Source: an archaeon (lineage in GTDB: Archaea > Nanobdellota > Nanobdellia > Pacearchaeales > JAPDKA01). Taken from it: 64,000 bases of DNA. Below are positions 8,459 to 17,738 of the stretch, piece after piece; positions within the stretch are counted from its first letter, which is position 1; every line of letters starts with the position of its first letter. Both the position numbers and the translations under genes were made by a program. A model generated the notes under the pieces. That model ran no database searches. It worked only from the letters and a program-made list of their open reading frames with translations, and was not told the DNA's origin. The stretch covers positions 66,065-130,064 of the forward strand of contig JAPDKA010000003.1 of the NCBI GenBank assembly GCA_029258825.1, in the 5' to 3' direction.

Positions 8459-9817
8459 ATGAACATTAAGCAGTTGATTCTTGCCTTGCCGGAAGTGAAG
8501 AAACCACATTACAGAGTAAGTTTTAGAGAAAAGATAAAGTGGACGTTGATTGTTCTTATTGCTTTTTTTGTTATGTCAAACATAGCTTTGGTTGGACTCA
8601 GCGAGAATGCATTAACACGTTTTGAATATCTTGCAATTATCCTTGGTGCTAAGTTTGGCAGTTTGATGTCTCTTGGTATAGGTCCTATCGTTACAGCAAG
8701 CATTGTTTTGCAATTGTTGGTTGGAGCTAAAATACTAAACATTGATTTGCACACGCATGAAGGGAAAGCATATTTTCAAGGATTGCAGAAATTGCTTGCG
8801 ATTTTTTTTACACTACTTGAAGCAGCCATATATGTATTGATGGGAGGTCTACAGGCAATGCCTGGTCTTGCTTGGCTTGTTATAGCACAGTTGTTTATTG
8901 CAGGTTTGTTTGTTATTCTAATGGATGAAATAGTAAGCAAATATGGGTTTGGAAGTGGTATCAGCTTGTTCATTCTTGCCGGTGTTGCATCACAGCTATT
9001 CATAAGAAGCTTTAGTTTTATTGGGCCAACCGGTATTGCTCCAGTAGGTAAAGTGTTGCTGTTCTTTTATAGCTTAACACAAGGTAACCAGGTTGAGATG
9101 ACAGCAGCATTGTTAAGCATTATTGCAACAATAATTGTATTTTTGCTTGTTGTTTATGTACAATCGATCCGTGTTGAAGTTCCGCTAACATATGCCAGAA
9201 TACGTGGCTTAAGCTTAAGATGGCCTCTTGCGTTTCTTTATACTAGCAACATACCTGTTATACTTACTGCTGCTCTTGCCGCAAACATACAACTTTTTGC
9301 AACATTAATGGAAAGGTTTTTGGGCCATCCGACATGGCTAGGAACTTTCGCTAATGGTGTACCAATTAGAGGGCTTGCATTTTGGATAAATGCACCACAT
9401 TTGATGGAAGCAATTGTTAGAGGAAGTGTAACCCCAATAATGATTTTGCAAGCTATAACATTTACTTTATTCATGTGCACATTCGCAGTAATTTTCAGTG
9501 TGTTCTGGGTTCAGACAAGCGGTATGGATGCAAGAAGTCAAGCTGAAAATCTAATTGCATCTGGTTTGCATATGCCTGGATTTAGGCAGGATGTTAGAGT
9601 ACTTGAAAGTGTGCTTTCCCGTTATATAATGCCGCTTGCAGTAATGGGCGGGCTTGCTGTAGGTTTGCTTGCAAGTATTGCAGATTTGATGGGTGCTTTA
9701 GTTAGAGGAACAGCGTTGTTGCTAGCTGTGATGATAGCATATCGTCTTTATCAAGATATAGCCCAACACCATTTGTACGAGCTTAATCCAGCAGCAAGAA
9801 GATTTATTGGTGGTTAA
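8459..9817 (+). CDS. secY: Preprotein translocase subunit SecY
   Basis: GSLMSLGIGPIVTASI..QLL, DEIVSKYGFGSGISLFI, YTSNIPVIL, PGFR; multiple hydrophobic segments. Confidence 0.97.
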   Translation: MNIKQLILALPEVKKPHYRVSFREKIKWTLIVLIAFFVMSNIALVGLSENALTRFEYLAIILGAKFGSLMSLGIGPIVTASIVLQLLVGAKILNIDLHTHEGKAYFQGLQKLLAIFFTLLEAAIYVLMGGLQAMPGLAWLVIAQLFIAGLFVILMDEIVSKYGFGSGISLFILAGVASQLFIRSFSFIGPTGIAPVGKVLLFFYSLTQGNQVEMTAALLSIIATIIVFLLVVYVQSIRVEVPLTYARIRGLSLRWPLAFLYTSNIPVILTAALAANIQLFATLMERFLGHPTWLGTFANGVPIRGLAFWINAPHLMEAIVRGSVTPIMILQAITFTLFMCTFAVIFSVFWVQTSGMDARSQAENLIASGLHMPGFRQDVRVLESVLSRYIMPLAVMGGLAVGLLASIADLMGALVRGTALLLAVMIAYRLYQDIAQHHLYELNPAARRFIGG

Positions 9818-9833
9818 GATTGTAAACCTAATA

Positions 9834-10148
9834 TCAAGCTAGTTTTTTAATTTTATTTATTGTTACTAAAATTGCTCCCTTACAAGGCTCAGATTCGTTT
9901 TCAGGAATTCGTTTTACTATTTCATACCACTTTCCTTCGGTAATATACTCAGCTGTTCCTCTTAATTCATAACCCACACAGTTCTTTTTTCAATCTTTAT
10001 TCCAAACAGTTAATGCAACATTTGGATTTTGTCGAATATTTTTCGTTGTTTCAACCATATAATTTTGATTTTTAGAAACAACTTTTACAAATGCCACAGC
10101 AATACAGTGAGGGTTTCCATTTTCATCCACAGTTGCAAACGTAGCAAT
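9834..10148 (-). pseudogene. Disrupted pyridoxamine 5'-phosphate oxidase-like FMN-binding protein
   Basis: Manual translation IATFATVDENGNPHCIAVAFVKVVSKNQNYMVETTKNIRQNPNVALTVWNKD*KKNCVGYELRGTAEYITEGKWYEIVKRIPENESEPCKGAILVTINKIKKLA*; in-frame TGA at 9990-9992; no in-frame ATG back to the upstream TAG. Confidence 0.75.
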
Positions 10149-10287
10149 AAAAAATCTTGGATGGGTGAGCGATTGAATATATGCATTTAATAAAGTCTAA
10201 TGAAATGACGATGAGGAAAATTGAATCTGACTTAGTATCTCTGTAAAACATATTTGAAACCTAATGGTTGAAAAAGGGCGACGAGAG

Positions 10288-10303
10288 CGAAAGATTTTAA
10301 TAA
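10288..10303 (+). promoter_or_regulatory. Putative BRE-TATA promoter for the ORF starting at 10324
   Basis: CGAAAGATTTTAATAA about 20 nt before the ATG; same CGAAA(G)N-TTTAWA form as other promoters in the window. Confidence 0.5.
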
Positions 10304-10323
10304 ATAAAGCTTATTTACTATTT

Positions 10324-11412
10324 ATGAGGAAAGTAAGAAAAGTAATTATTGATTGGCCTAAAGGAGAGGTTCGTTATGTGACAGAGAATGGTATGACAAG
10401 AATATCTTATAAGCATAATTATATAGAATTTCTCCCACATAACTACCGAGATGGTAAAGACACAGGTCCACCTATATATGTAAATGCTATTCTGGAAGAT
10501 TATAATGATGAGATATCTGAATATTTAGAAGATTTAGAGAAAGAAGGGAAGATTGATATTGAAAAAGAGTGGTTGGTTTATGAAATAAAAAAAGGGGAAA
10601 CTATTCGTTTTTCTTTTGAGAGATTAGAGATACATCCACTAGAAGGAGGTATAAAAGATTTTATCCAAAAATATACAGGGAGGTCTTCACCGTGGTTGAT
10701 GTACGAAAAAGAAATAGATCTGCTAGCAAAAATTCCTCCTTCGATTATGGAAATTGCTGTAAAAAAGGCTATAGATTTATATGAAGCAGATGAGTGGGAT
10801 ACTTTTAATAAGATGTTATATGCGTACCATGAATCTCAACCAGGTATAGGACCTCTTTCTAAAGAGGAAGAAGAACTACTTGAGAAACATGGAATAAAAG
10901 AGATTGTAGAGAAATTATTTGAACTAATACCTTGGAGCGCGTGCATTGTATGTGGAGAAATTTTATGGGAACTTAAGTATGGAAACAAAAATCGAATAAA
11001 AAGTCCGAAAGATGTCATAGATATAGCCTTGAAAGGTGAAGCTTCAAACTTATATTGCATTATTGGGCCTTGTTTAGGACTTGCCCGATACGAGAGATAC
11101 AAAGAATTAGATCGCCATGTTATTGTAATAGACGTAAGGAAAGATCCTACAGAGAAATACGGGTGGGAAGGGATACACCCTTTAGATCTACAAGAATTGG
11201 GTATCACAAGACTGTTAATTTATAAAAAATTAATGGAACTTGGAGAGGAAGAAATTTATGAAAAAGCAAAACGTATTTTTAGACCAGGAGCTTTACTTTA
11301 TTTTTTAATTGAATATATAAAGTGGAAAGAAAGAGAAAAGAAAGAAAAGAAAGCTCTTCCCCCTTCAAATTTAAAAAAGTTATTGAATTTTTTAGACAAG
11401 GACAGTAATTAA
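10324..11412 (+). CDS. Hypothetical protein (362 aa), no family recognised
   Basis: Long ORF with protein-like Glu/Lys/Ile composition; start placed downstream of the TATA element. Confidence 0.7.
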   Translation: MRKVRKVIIDWPKGEVRYVTENGMTRISYKHNYIEFLPHNYRDGKDTGPPIYVNAILEDYNDEISEYLEDLEKEGKIDIEKEWLVYEIKKGETIRFSFERLEIHPLEGGIKDFIQKYTGRSSPWLMYEKEIDLLAKIPPSIMEIAVKKAIDLYEADEWDTFNKMLYAYHESQPGIGPLSKEEEELLEKHGIKEIVEKLFELIPWSACIVCGEILWELKYGNKNRIKSPKDVIDIALKGEASNLYCIIGPCLGLARYERYKELDRHVIVIDVRKDPTEKYGWEGIHPLDLQELGITRLLIYKKLMELGEEEIYEKAKRIFRPGALLYFLIEYIKWKEREKKEKKALPPSNLKKLLNFLDKDSN

Positions 11413-11565
11413 ATTTACATGTTCGAGAAATTTTGTAGGGTACCGGATTATAGATTGGAGCTGAATGATTCTTCACCCAATAACTGTATCTCTCTTGAGC
11501 GAAGCGAGAGCCAGAATGACTTAGGAGTAGAAGTATCTTTAAGAATGCAAACATTGTTTAGCAAG

Positions 11566-11919
11566 TTACATCCTACCAAACCTTCGTCTTGCGCGTCTGC
11601 CCAATGGTTTGCCAATTGCTTTTTGCATTATCTTTATCCATTCAGGCTGACTTATGCGTATCGCTTTACCATTAACCAAAGCGTCAACAATTTTCTTTCT
11701 TGCTTCTATCAATAATCTATGCATTGTTGGTTGGGACACAGCCATCCTACTTGCAGCTTCTTCCTGGGTTAAACCAAGATAATCAACAAGTCTTAATGCT
11801 TCTAGTTCATCCATACCTAAAGCTACTTCACTAAGTTGTGCAAGAGCAACGCCAGCAGGCTTAAAATAAGCGACAGTTGGTTGAAACATAACAAACCTGC
11901 ATCGTCGCGGCCTAGCCAT
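11566..11919 (-). CDS. DUF134 / UPF0251 family predicted HTH DNA-binding protein (COG1342)
   Basis: MARPRRCR.V...YFKPAGV...DELEALRLVDY.GLTQEEAA.RM.VSQPT.HRLL..ARKKI.DALV.GKAIRI. Confidence 0.9.
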   Translation of the reverse strand: MARPRRCRFVMFQPTVAYFKPAGVALAQLSEVALGMDELEALRLVDYLGLTQEEAASRMAVSQPTMHRLLIEARKKIVDALVNGKAIRISQPEWIKIMQKAIGKPLGRRARRRFGRM

Positions 11920-12075
11920 TTTCAAATTTAAAAAAACTTACATTTAAAAATTTAATGTAGATGTGCAACTTTGCATAGTTTTTTAAACATAAAAACACAT
12001 GGAAATAATAAACCAAAGATAAATAAAAAAGATAAAAAACTAAAATAAAACAAAATAAAAAACAAAAAAAACGAA

Positions 12076-12291
12076 ATGGAAAACGAAAAAACAGAAAATA
12101 GGCAAGATAACATTTCTAAAGAAGAAGAAATAGCATTTCATAAAGGAGCGTTAACAGTATTGGTAAAAGAAAGGCAAGAACTAGCAAGATTGCTTACAAT
12201 TGTACAGCAATTAATAACAGCACATGCAAAAAGGCTTGAACAGCTTGGAGTTAAAATAGAAAAAACTGAACAGGAAGAAAAGAAAGAATAA
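12076..12291 (+). CDS. Small helical hypothetical protein
   Basis: KEEEIAFHKGAL.VL.KERQELARL; A-rich leader typical of genes in this window. Confidence 0.7.
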   Translation: MENEKTENRQDNISKEEEIAFHKGALTVLVKERQELARLLTIVQQLITAHAKRLEQLGVKIEKTEQEEKKE

Positions 12292-12412
12292 AATAAAAAA
12301 ATAAAAAGTATACTGAACACACTGCTACACTTAGTTACGCTTTGTTTGTTTTGTTTTTTGCAATTGTTACTTTCTTGATTTTATTTTTTCTGTCTTGCGT
12401 CTTGCTTTGCAC

Positions 12413-12736
12413 TTACTTGATTTTCTTTAGTTGCTCTTCAATTTGTTTTAGCTCTTGTTTTAATGCTTCTATTTCTGCATTTATTTCAGCTTTTTCTTGC
12501 TCTAACAATTCTCTCTGCTCTTCTTTAGTTAATGCTGGTGCTGCTAATGCTCTTGCTTGTGCTTGCTGTAATTGTTGTAATGCTGCTAATCTCCAGTAAC
12601 CAAGGCCTCTGCCGAACCTGCCCATTCCAAAGCGTCCAAATCCAAACCATCCAAAGCCTCTGCCAAATCCCAGTCGTCTTAAACAAACCCAATTGCCATT
12701 GGCCCACCAAGGGCCAGTTCCATCTCCCCAAGGCAT
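12413..12736 (-). CDS. DUF5320 family protein
   Basis: MPWGDGTGP N-terminus, GFGRG-rich stretch, C-terminal coiled coil (EQRELLEQEKAEI..EIEALKQEL). Confidence 0.85.
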   Translation of the reverse strand: MPWGDGTGPWWANGNWVCLRRLGFGRGFGWFGFGRFGMGRFGRGLGYWRLAALQQLQQAQARALAAPALTKEEQRELLEQEKAEINAEIEALKQELKQIEEQLKKIK

Positions 12737-12813
12737 TTTACATTTGGTTCTTATTTATTTAGTTTAGTTTTGATTTGATTTTAATTCTGAATTTGTACGC
12801 ATTTACCATCAAT

Positions 12814-12897
12814 AGTTTTGAATATATATTCAAAACTCTATTATGAATATATATTCATAATTTAAAAACCTTTCGGTTATGAATATATATTCATAAC
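12814..12897. promoter_or_regulatory. Three perfect palindromic operator-like sites (core TGAATATATATTCA) around a minus-strand BRE-TATA
   Basis: 12814-12837 AGTTTTGAATATATATTCAAAACT; 12840-12861 ATTATGAATATATATTCATAAT; 12876-12897 GTTATGAATATATATTCATAAC; reverse complement of 12861-12876 is CCGAAAGGTTTTTAAA. Confidence 0.8.
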
Positions 12898-12938
12898 TCA
12901 ATCTTAGAAGCATTCAAGCTAGCAAAGAAAAAAATAAA

Positions 12939-13664
12939 CTAATGCAAGAACAGCTTAAAGCATAAAAGCAGAGCAATACCAAATAAAAACCACAAAAAGC
13001 TTAACCATGTTCTTATGCCTTCTTGCTTATGCAATTCAGGTATTAAATCACTGCTTGCAATATATAAGAAACCGCCAGCTGAGAATGCAAGAAGCACATA
13101 AATAAAAGTAGTAGTATGTACAAAAAACACAATTAAAGCACCAACAATACAAGTTAACTGAACAAGAAAATTGGCTAACAACGCTTTATGTTTTTTCCAA
13201 CCCCCATAAACAAGCACGGCAAAATCGCCCAGCTCTTGGGGTATCTCGTGAAGTATAATAAGAAGTGTGGTAATAAAACCGAAATGTAACGAAACTAAAA
13301 AGCTTGCACCAATGACAACACCATCAATAAAATTATGAACAGCGTCTCCTAACAGCGACAGATACGTAAAAGCGTGAATTTTACATTTAACATTATGGCA
13401 GTGCCTCCATCTTAAAATTTTTTCTAAGAAAAAGAAAAAGATAAAACCAAGCATCAACAAATAAAAAGCATTGCTATTAAGTTGCTCCATAGATTCTGCA
13501 AGCAAATGAAAAAAAGCACCAGCAAGTAACGCGCCTGATGCAAATGCGATCATTGAAAATATAAACTTGTCAAAGACATTGCGCCTTAACAACAATGAAA
13601 AAGCTCCAATTAAAGCGACCAAACTATTAAGGATTGTTGCAGCCAGTACATAAAGCAACAGCAT
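12939..13664 (-). CDS. ZIP family divalent metal transporter
   Basis: AFASGALL..AFFHLL.ES, WRHCH, GDAVHNFIDG, HEIPQELGDF, AGGFLYIA.SDLIPELH. Confidence 0.93.
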   Translation of the reverse strand: MLLLYVLAATILNSLVALIGAFSLLLRRNVFDKFIFSMIAFASGALLAGAFFHLLAESMEQLNSNAFYLLMLGFIFFFFLEKILRWRHCHNVKCKIHAFTYLSLLGDAVHNFIDGVVIGASFLVSLHFGFITTLLIILHEIPQELGDFAVLVYGGWKKHKALLANFLVQLTCIVGALIVFFVHTTTFIYVLLAFSAGGFLYIASSDLIPELHKQEGIRTWLSFLWFLFGIALLLCFKLFLH

Positions 13665-13715
13665 TTTAATAAAATTTTAAATTTAAAAATAAACAAAACA
13701 AAAAAATTGCGCAAG

Positions 13716-14138
13716 TTACTGCACTTTTATTTTTTTTGCTTGTCGTTTATGCTGTGTCGGCACTGTTATAGTTAATACACCATCTTTATAGGTTGCTTTT
13801 GCTTTTTCAGGCACTACTGGAACTGGCAATGAAAACGATCTATAAAAACCCTTATAACGTCGTTCAAGTTTATATGCATTTTTCGCTTTTGTTTCAGTTT
13901 TGGTTTTCTTTTCTGCTTTTACTGTGAGGCTATCTTTTGTCATTTCTATGCTTATATCTTCTTTACTAACACCAGGCAGTTCCATAGTGATTACTAAATT
14001 GCCGTTGCTTTCATGTATGTCAGCTAAAGGTTCGCGAAAATCGCCGAGCACTTTTGCGATAGGCTTGAACAATTCATCAAATGCTTTATTCATTCGTTCT
14101 TGAAATTTTCTTATTTCAGCATCAATATCAACAATCAT
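13716..14138 (-). CDS. hsp20: Small heat-shock protein (Hsp20/alpha-crystallin)
   Basis: PLADI.E...ELPGV.KEDI...ERRY.GFYR...LP..V.PEKAKATYKDGVL.I; GAGGTG Shine-Dalgarno-like sequence before the ATG at 14138. Confidence 0.93.
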   Translation of the reverse strand: MIVDIDAEIRKFQERMNKAFDELFKPIAKVLGDFREPLADIHESNGNLVITMELPGVSKEDISIEMTKDSLTVKAEKKTKTETKAKNAYKLERRYKGFYRSFSLPVPVVPEKAKATYKDGVLTITVPTQHKRQAKKIKVQ

Positions 14139-14233
14139 TTTCACCTCTTTTTATTTAATTTTAGTTGTTAGTATTAACGGATTAATGGTATTTAAATTTT
14201 CCTCAAGGATGAATCAAAGAATTAATAAAATTA

Positions 14234-14410
14234 CTACTTCGCTGATTTTTGCTTTTTTCTTACCCATTTCAACTTTCTTGGGTTGCGTTTCATAAAAAAA
14301 CTTTTTCTGCACTTGCTGCTGCAGAACCAATACTGTTTAGCATCATTAGTAACATAAAGCAAACCTTTGCCGGGTTTTATTTCAGCATTACAAAAATGGC
14401 ATTTAGGCAT
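14234..14410 (-). CDS. rpl24e: 50S ribosomal protein L24e (58 aa, absent from the ORF track)
   Basis: Manual translation MPKCHFCNAEIKPGKGLLYVTNDAKQYWFCSSKCRKSFFMKRNPRKLKWVRKKQKSAK*; follows S28e. Confidence 0.95.
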   Translation of the reverse strand: MPKCHFCNAEIKPGKGLLYVTNDAKQYWFCSSKCRKSFFMKRNPRKLKWVRKKQKSAK

Positions 14411-14411
14411 T

Positions 14412-14678
14412 TTATGTATATGTGCCTTTTGTTACTTTACTTGTTATTTTTCTTGCCTCAATTTCAGTTTCGCGCAACATCAAAATATCTTTAAGTCGAA
14501 CAGGGCCTTTAACATTTCTTCTTATAACATTGCCCTTATTCGGCCCACTCATAATGCGTACTCTAACTTGGGTAAGCTCTCCTCTAAAACCTGTCCTGCC
14601 TATAATTTCCTCTACAACAGCAGGATAAACTTCTTTTGCTTCTTTAGTTTGCTTTTTATCTTGCCTCTTCCTTGCCAT
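14412..14678 (-). CDS. rps28e: 30S ribosomal protein S28e
   Basis: [50 protein letters not shown]. Confidence 0.96.
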   Translation of the reverse strand: MARKRQDKKQTKEAKEVYPAVVEEIIGRTGFRGELTQVRVRIMSGPNKGNVIRRNVKGPVRLKDILMLRETEIEARKITSKVTKGTYT

Positions 14679-14696
14679 TTTAGCAACTTTTTAGCA

Positions 14697-15023
14697 TTAC
14701 TTTTTTTCTAGCAATTCTGCAATAAGCTTTTCTGCTTCACCAGGATTAACAATCGCTACTGATGCTGCTGCAACATTCAAACCAGCAGCATTACCAAGCT
14801 TTTGCTTGCTATCAACTTCAACATATGGAATACCTTTTTCTTTGCATAACAATGGTAAATGCTGTACTATTTCTTTTGGTTGCACATCCTGGGCAATCAC
14901 TACAAGCTTGGCCTCATTACGCTCTACTGCTTTTGTTGTTTCATTAGTACCTTTTTTTATCTTTCCCGTTTTTCTTGCGATCTCAACTACTTCATAAGCA
15001 GAAACCATTTTTTCCTCCTTCAT
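14697..15023 (-). CDS. rpl7ae: 50S ribosomal protein L7Ae (true start may be the ATG at 15008)
   Basis: [41 protein letters not shown]. Confidence 0.96.
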   Translation of the reverse strand: MKEEKMVSAYEVVEIARKTGKIKKGTNETTKAVERNEAKLVVIAQDVQPKEIVQHLPLLCKEKGIPYVEVDSKQKLGNAAGLNVAAASVAIVNPGEAEKLIAELLEKK

Positions 15024-15085
15024 TTAATTCAGTCATCGTTGATTAAGCCAAGCTAAGTTAGCTTTAAAAAGGTTTCGCTATTTTT

Positions 15086-16096
15086 ATGTTGATGAAACAA
15101 GCCAGTATATTAGAAAAACAAAAAATAATGGGTGGACTAAAGGTGTTCATTACGCTAACAATTGTTTCTATATTAATAATTATGATTGTAACAGCAAATA
15201 AACAGACTATAGACGTTATTAAACAAGTGAACATACTTATTCTTGCTTTTGCTTTTATTTTGCTTTTTATTTATGTTTTGTTTGATGCATTAAAGTTAAA
15301 AGCACTAACGTTAGGCGTGACAAACCAGAACATAAGCGTAAAAACATGTGCTGAAATCATACTTACTGGGAATTTTCTCGCTGCTGTAACACCGTTTCAG
15401 ATGGGTGGCATTCCGATAGAGCTGTACATATTAAAGAAACACAAAGTTGGTTTAGGCAAGGGAAGCTTTATACTTATTGCACGCGGATTATTGTATGCCG
15501 TATTTATCCTGATTTTTACTCCGTTAATATTAAAGTACTATTTTAGTTATGCGAGAAATTTAGCAAAAAATTTAATGGTGTATGCGTTATTTATCTATTT
15601 CATAGCTGGTGTTAGCTTAGTGCTAATTTTATCAAAGCCAGAACCAATAAAGAGGTTCATATTAAGAAGGTTACGTAAAAAACGTTTTAGATTTAAAAAA
15701 GTTATAATAACGCTCATTCGCGAACTAGAAGAAATCAAACACGGTTTTTTACAGTTGATAAAACAAAATAGGGTTGCATTATATAAAGCATGCGCATATA
15801 CGATTGTTTCGCTAATTGCATATTACTTGATAGCACCAACAATCATATATGCATTAGGTTTTCATGTCAACATTATTGAAGTGATTGTAATTCAGTTATT
15901 AATTGTTGTGTTAACATTTTTCTTTCCAACGCCTGGAGCAAGCGGCATGGCAGAATTTGTTTCAGCAGGACTGTTCAGTATTGTGCTTCCTAAATATGCT
16001 TTAGGAATGTTCGTAGTTTTATCACGATTGATTATGTTTTATATAGGAGTAATAATCGGTGGGATACTAACATTAAGATTGGTATACAAAAAATAG
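15086..16096 (+). CDS. Lysylphosphatidylglycerol synthase TM-domain / UPF0104 flippase-like membrane protein
   Basis: GNFLAAVTPFQMGG.P, FFPTPGASG.AE, SRLI.FY motifs; many hydrophobic segments. Confidence 0.8.
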   Translation: MLMKQASILEKQKIMGGLKVFITLTIVSILIIMIVTANKQTIDVIKQVNILILAFAFILLFIYVLFDALKLKALTLGVTNQNISVKTCAEIILTGNFLAAVTPFQMGGIPIELYILKKHKVGLGKGSFILIARGLLYAVFILIFTPLILKYYFSYARNLAKNLMVYALFIYFIAGVSLVLILSKPEPIKRFILRRLRKKRFRFKKVIITLIRELEEIKHGFLQLIKQNRVALYKACAYTIVSLIAYYLIAPTIIYALGFHVNIIEVIVIQLLIVVLTFFFPTPGASGMAEFVSAGLFSIVLPKYALGMFVVLSRLIMFYIGVIIGGILTLRLVYKK

Positions 16097-16149
16097 ATCA
16101 AAGCAAATAAACCAAACAGCAAAGTAAAAGTTTAAAAAATAAAACGTAT

Positions 16150-16341
16150 ATGCATAATAAAATGAACAAGTGGATAGAGTTGATAATAGGTTTAGTGTTA
16201 CTTGCTGTATCTATAGTTGTTCCTATCTGCTTGCATTTAGGAGAAGCGGTAAAGCAGTTTATAATTGGGGGTCTAGTAGTGTTTGTGTTTTTGCTTGGCT
16301 TATTGTTTCTTGCAATGGCTATCAGTGACATGAGAGAGTAA
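16150..16341 (+). CDS. Small two-TM membrane protein
   Basis: Two hydrophobic helices, ends LAMAISDMRE. Confidence 0.55.
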   Translation: MHNKMNKWIELIIGLVLLAVSIVVPICLHLGEAVKQFIIGGLVVFVFLLGLLFLAMAISDMRE

Positions 16342-16454
16342 TTTTGTATTTTGTTTTTTGCTTTTTTATTCGATTTTTTAACTTTCATTACGGGTTTTTT
16401 GCTTCCAATTAGCTAAGCATAAAAAATAAAAATAGTTCTGATTGTTAGTAATCA

Positions 16455-17702
16455 ATGAGAAATGCATATGAAGTAAAATGTGAGCCAATTTTATGCAGTA
16501 AATGTAAAGGCAAAGGATTATGTGGTATGCCATGTCCAATTCTCGCTAGACTCAAAGCAATTCATAAAACATTGAGCGATGAGGTATATGGCAATAGCCC
16601 TCCAGAAATATTTGTTGGAAGAATAGGCTATCCTTATGTTTATTCTGGCATATTAAGCCCTAATGAAATTGGAGAAACAAGCATATACAGCAGGCCGGAG
16701 TTATGGTTCAAAAATAATGCTGGCATAACTGATATAATTGAATATAGAACAAAACTTGTGTACTGCAGAGCAAAAGTGAATGTAAAAAATAGCTACTGGA
16801 ATAGGCGTATTATTGAGAGCATACAAGAGATTTCAGCCAGCTATAAACCAGTTGCTGTAGAAATCAAGCTAAAGCATAAACCAAAAGTAAAGCTTAGCTT
16901 CGATGCTGTTACGCCTCTCACAACAAACCCTGCAGAATTGCAAAAGTTAAGGATTGATGAAAACCCCAAAATAAAACCAAAAGTTGAAAAGCTTATTAAT
17001 GATGATGTCAAAGCAAGTGAAGCAGTAATACAGTTATACAATGCTAAAATCGAAATCAGCAGTATATATCAAGTGTTATCGGCAGGTTTGCTCGGCGTAA
17101 AACTCCAAAGACGTCTTGTGCCGACAAGGTGGAGTATAACAGCAACAGACGACATAATAAGTAAGTTTTTACTTAACAAAATAAAATATTACGATACTAT
17201 AGATAAGTTCATGGTGTTTCATTCCGATTATCTTGGCAATCATTATGAATTTATTTTGCTGCCATCAGTTTTTAGGTTTGAAGTGTTAGAAGCAAAGATG
17301 CCTGGTAGCGTTTGGAATCCTGGCAAGGAGTTATTTATCATGCAAGACTATGAGGATGTTTTTGGCAGAAAAACGTATGCAGAAAATGTAACAGGTGCAT
17401 ATTATGCTAATAGGCTTGCTGTTGCAGAATACTTAACACGCATAAGAAGGCAAGCTGCATGCCTTGTGCTGCGTGAAGTTCGTCCAGAGTATTTTGCACC
17501 ATGCGGCGTTGGCATTTTGCGAGAAGCGAGCAGGGATGCTTTCACGAGAAAGCCAGAGGTATTTGAAACATTGGAAGAAGCATTAAAGACAGTTGCATCA
17601 AGGTTAAAACTTAACATAAATGTGTTCATTAAAAAAAGTTGGTTACTAAAACAAATAAAACAACAAAAAACATTGTTCGAGTTTGTTAATAAAAATCACT
17701 AA
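16455..17702 (+). CDS. nreA: Nre family DNA repair protein (NreA)
   Basis: C..CKGKGLCG..CP, SPP.IFVGR.GYP, RRLVPTRWSITA.D, C-terminal PIP-like QQKTLFEF. Confidence 0.92.
   Translation: MRNAYEVKCEPILCSKCKGKGLCGMPCPILARLKAIHKTLSDEVYGNSPPEIFVGRIGYPYVYSGILSPNEIGETSIYSRPELWFKNNAGITDIIEYRTKLVYCRAKVNVKNSYWNRRIIESIQEISASYKPVAVEIKLKHKPKVKLSFDAVTPLTTNPAELQKLRIDENPKIKPKVEKLINDDVKASEAVIQLYNAKIEISSIYQVLSAGLLGVKLQRRLVPTRWSITATDDIISKFLLNKIKYYDTIDKFMVFHSDYLGNHYEFILLPSVFRFEVLEAKMPGSVWNPGKELFIMQDYEDVFGRKTYAENVTGAYYANRLAVAEYLTRIRRQAACLVLREVRPEYFAPCGVGILREASRDAFTRKPEVFETLEEALKTVASRLKLNINVFIKKSWLLKQIKQQKTLFEFVNKNH
17611..17696 (+). repeat. 86-bp direct repeat, copy 1 (3' end of nreA)
   Basis: TTAACATAAATGTGTTC...GAGTTTGTTAATAAAAAT, identical to 20530-20615. 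Confidence 0.93.
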
Positions 17703-17738
17703 ATTAAATTAAAACAAAATCAGGCAACTTGCTAAAAA

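Noticed and set aside
9990-9992. In-frame TGA as selenocysteine or genetic-code reassignment
   Set aside because: TGA is an ordinary stop in several intact genes here, and this frame also lacks a start codon
10205-10230. ATGACGA...CTGA as a C/D box sRNA
   Set aside because: Too short, with no convincing C'/D' pair or terminal stem
11419-11715. 98-aa plus-strand ORF
   Set aside because: Half of it is antisense to the DUF134 gene and no motifs are recognisable
12814-12897. Three palindromes as a mini-CRISPR or terminator
   Set aside because: Gaps are only 2 and 14 bp, the palindromes have no loop and are AT-rich, and they bracket a TATA box
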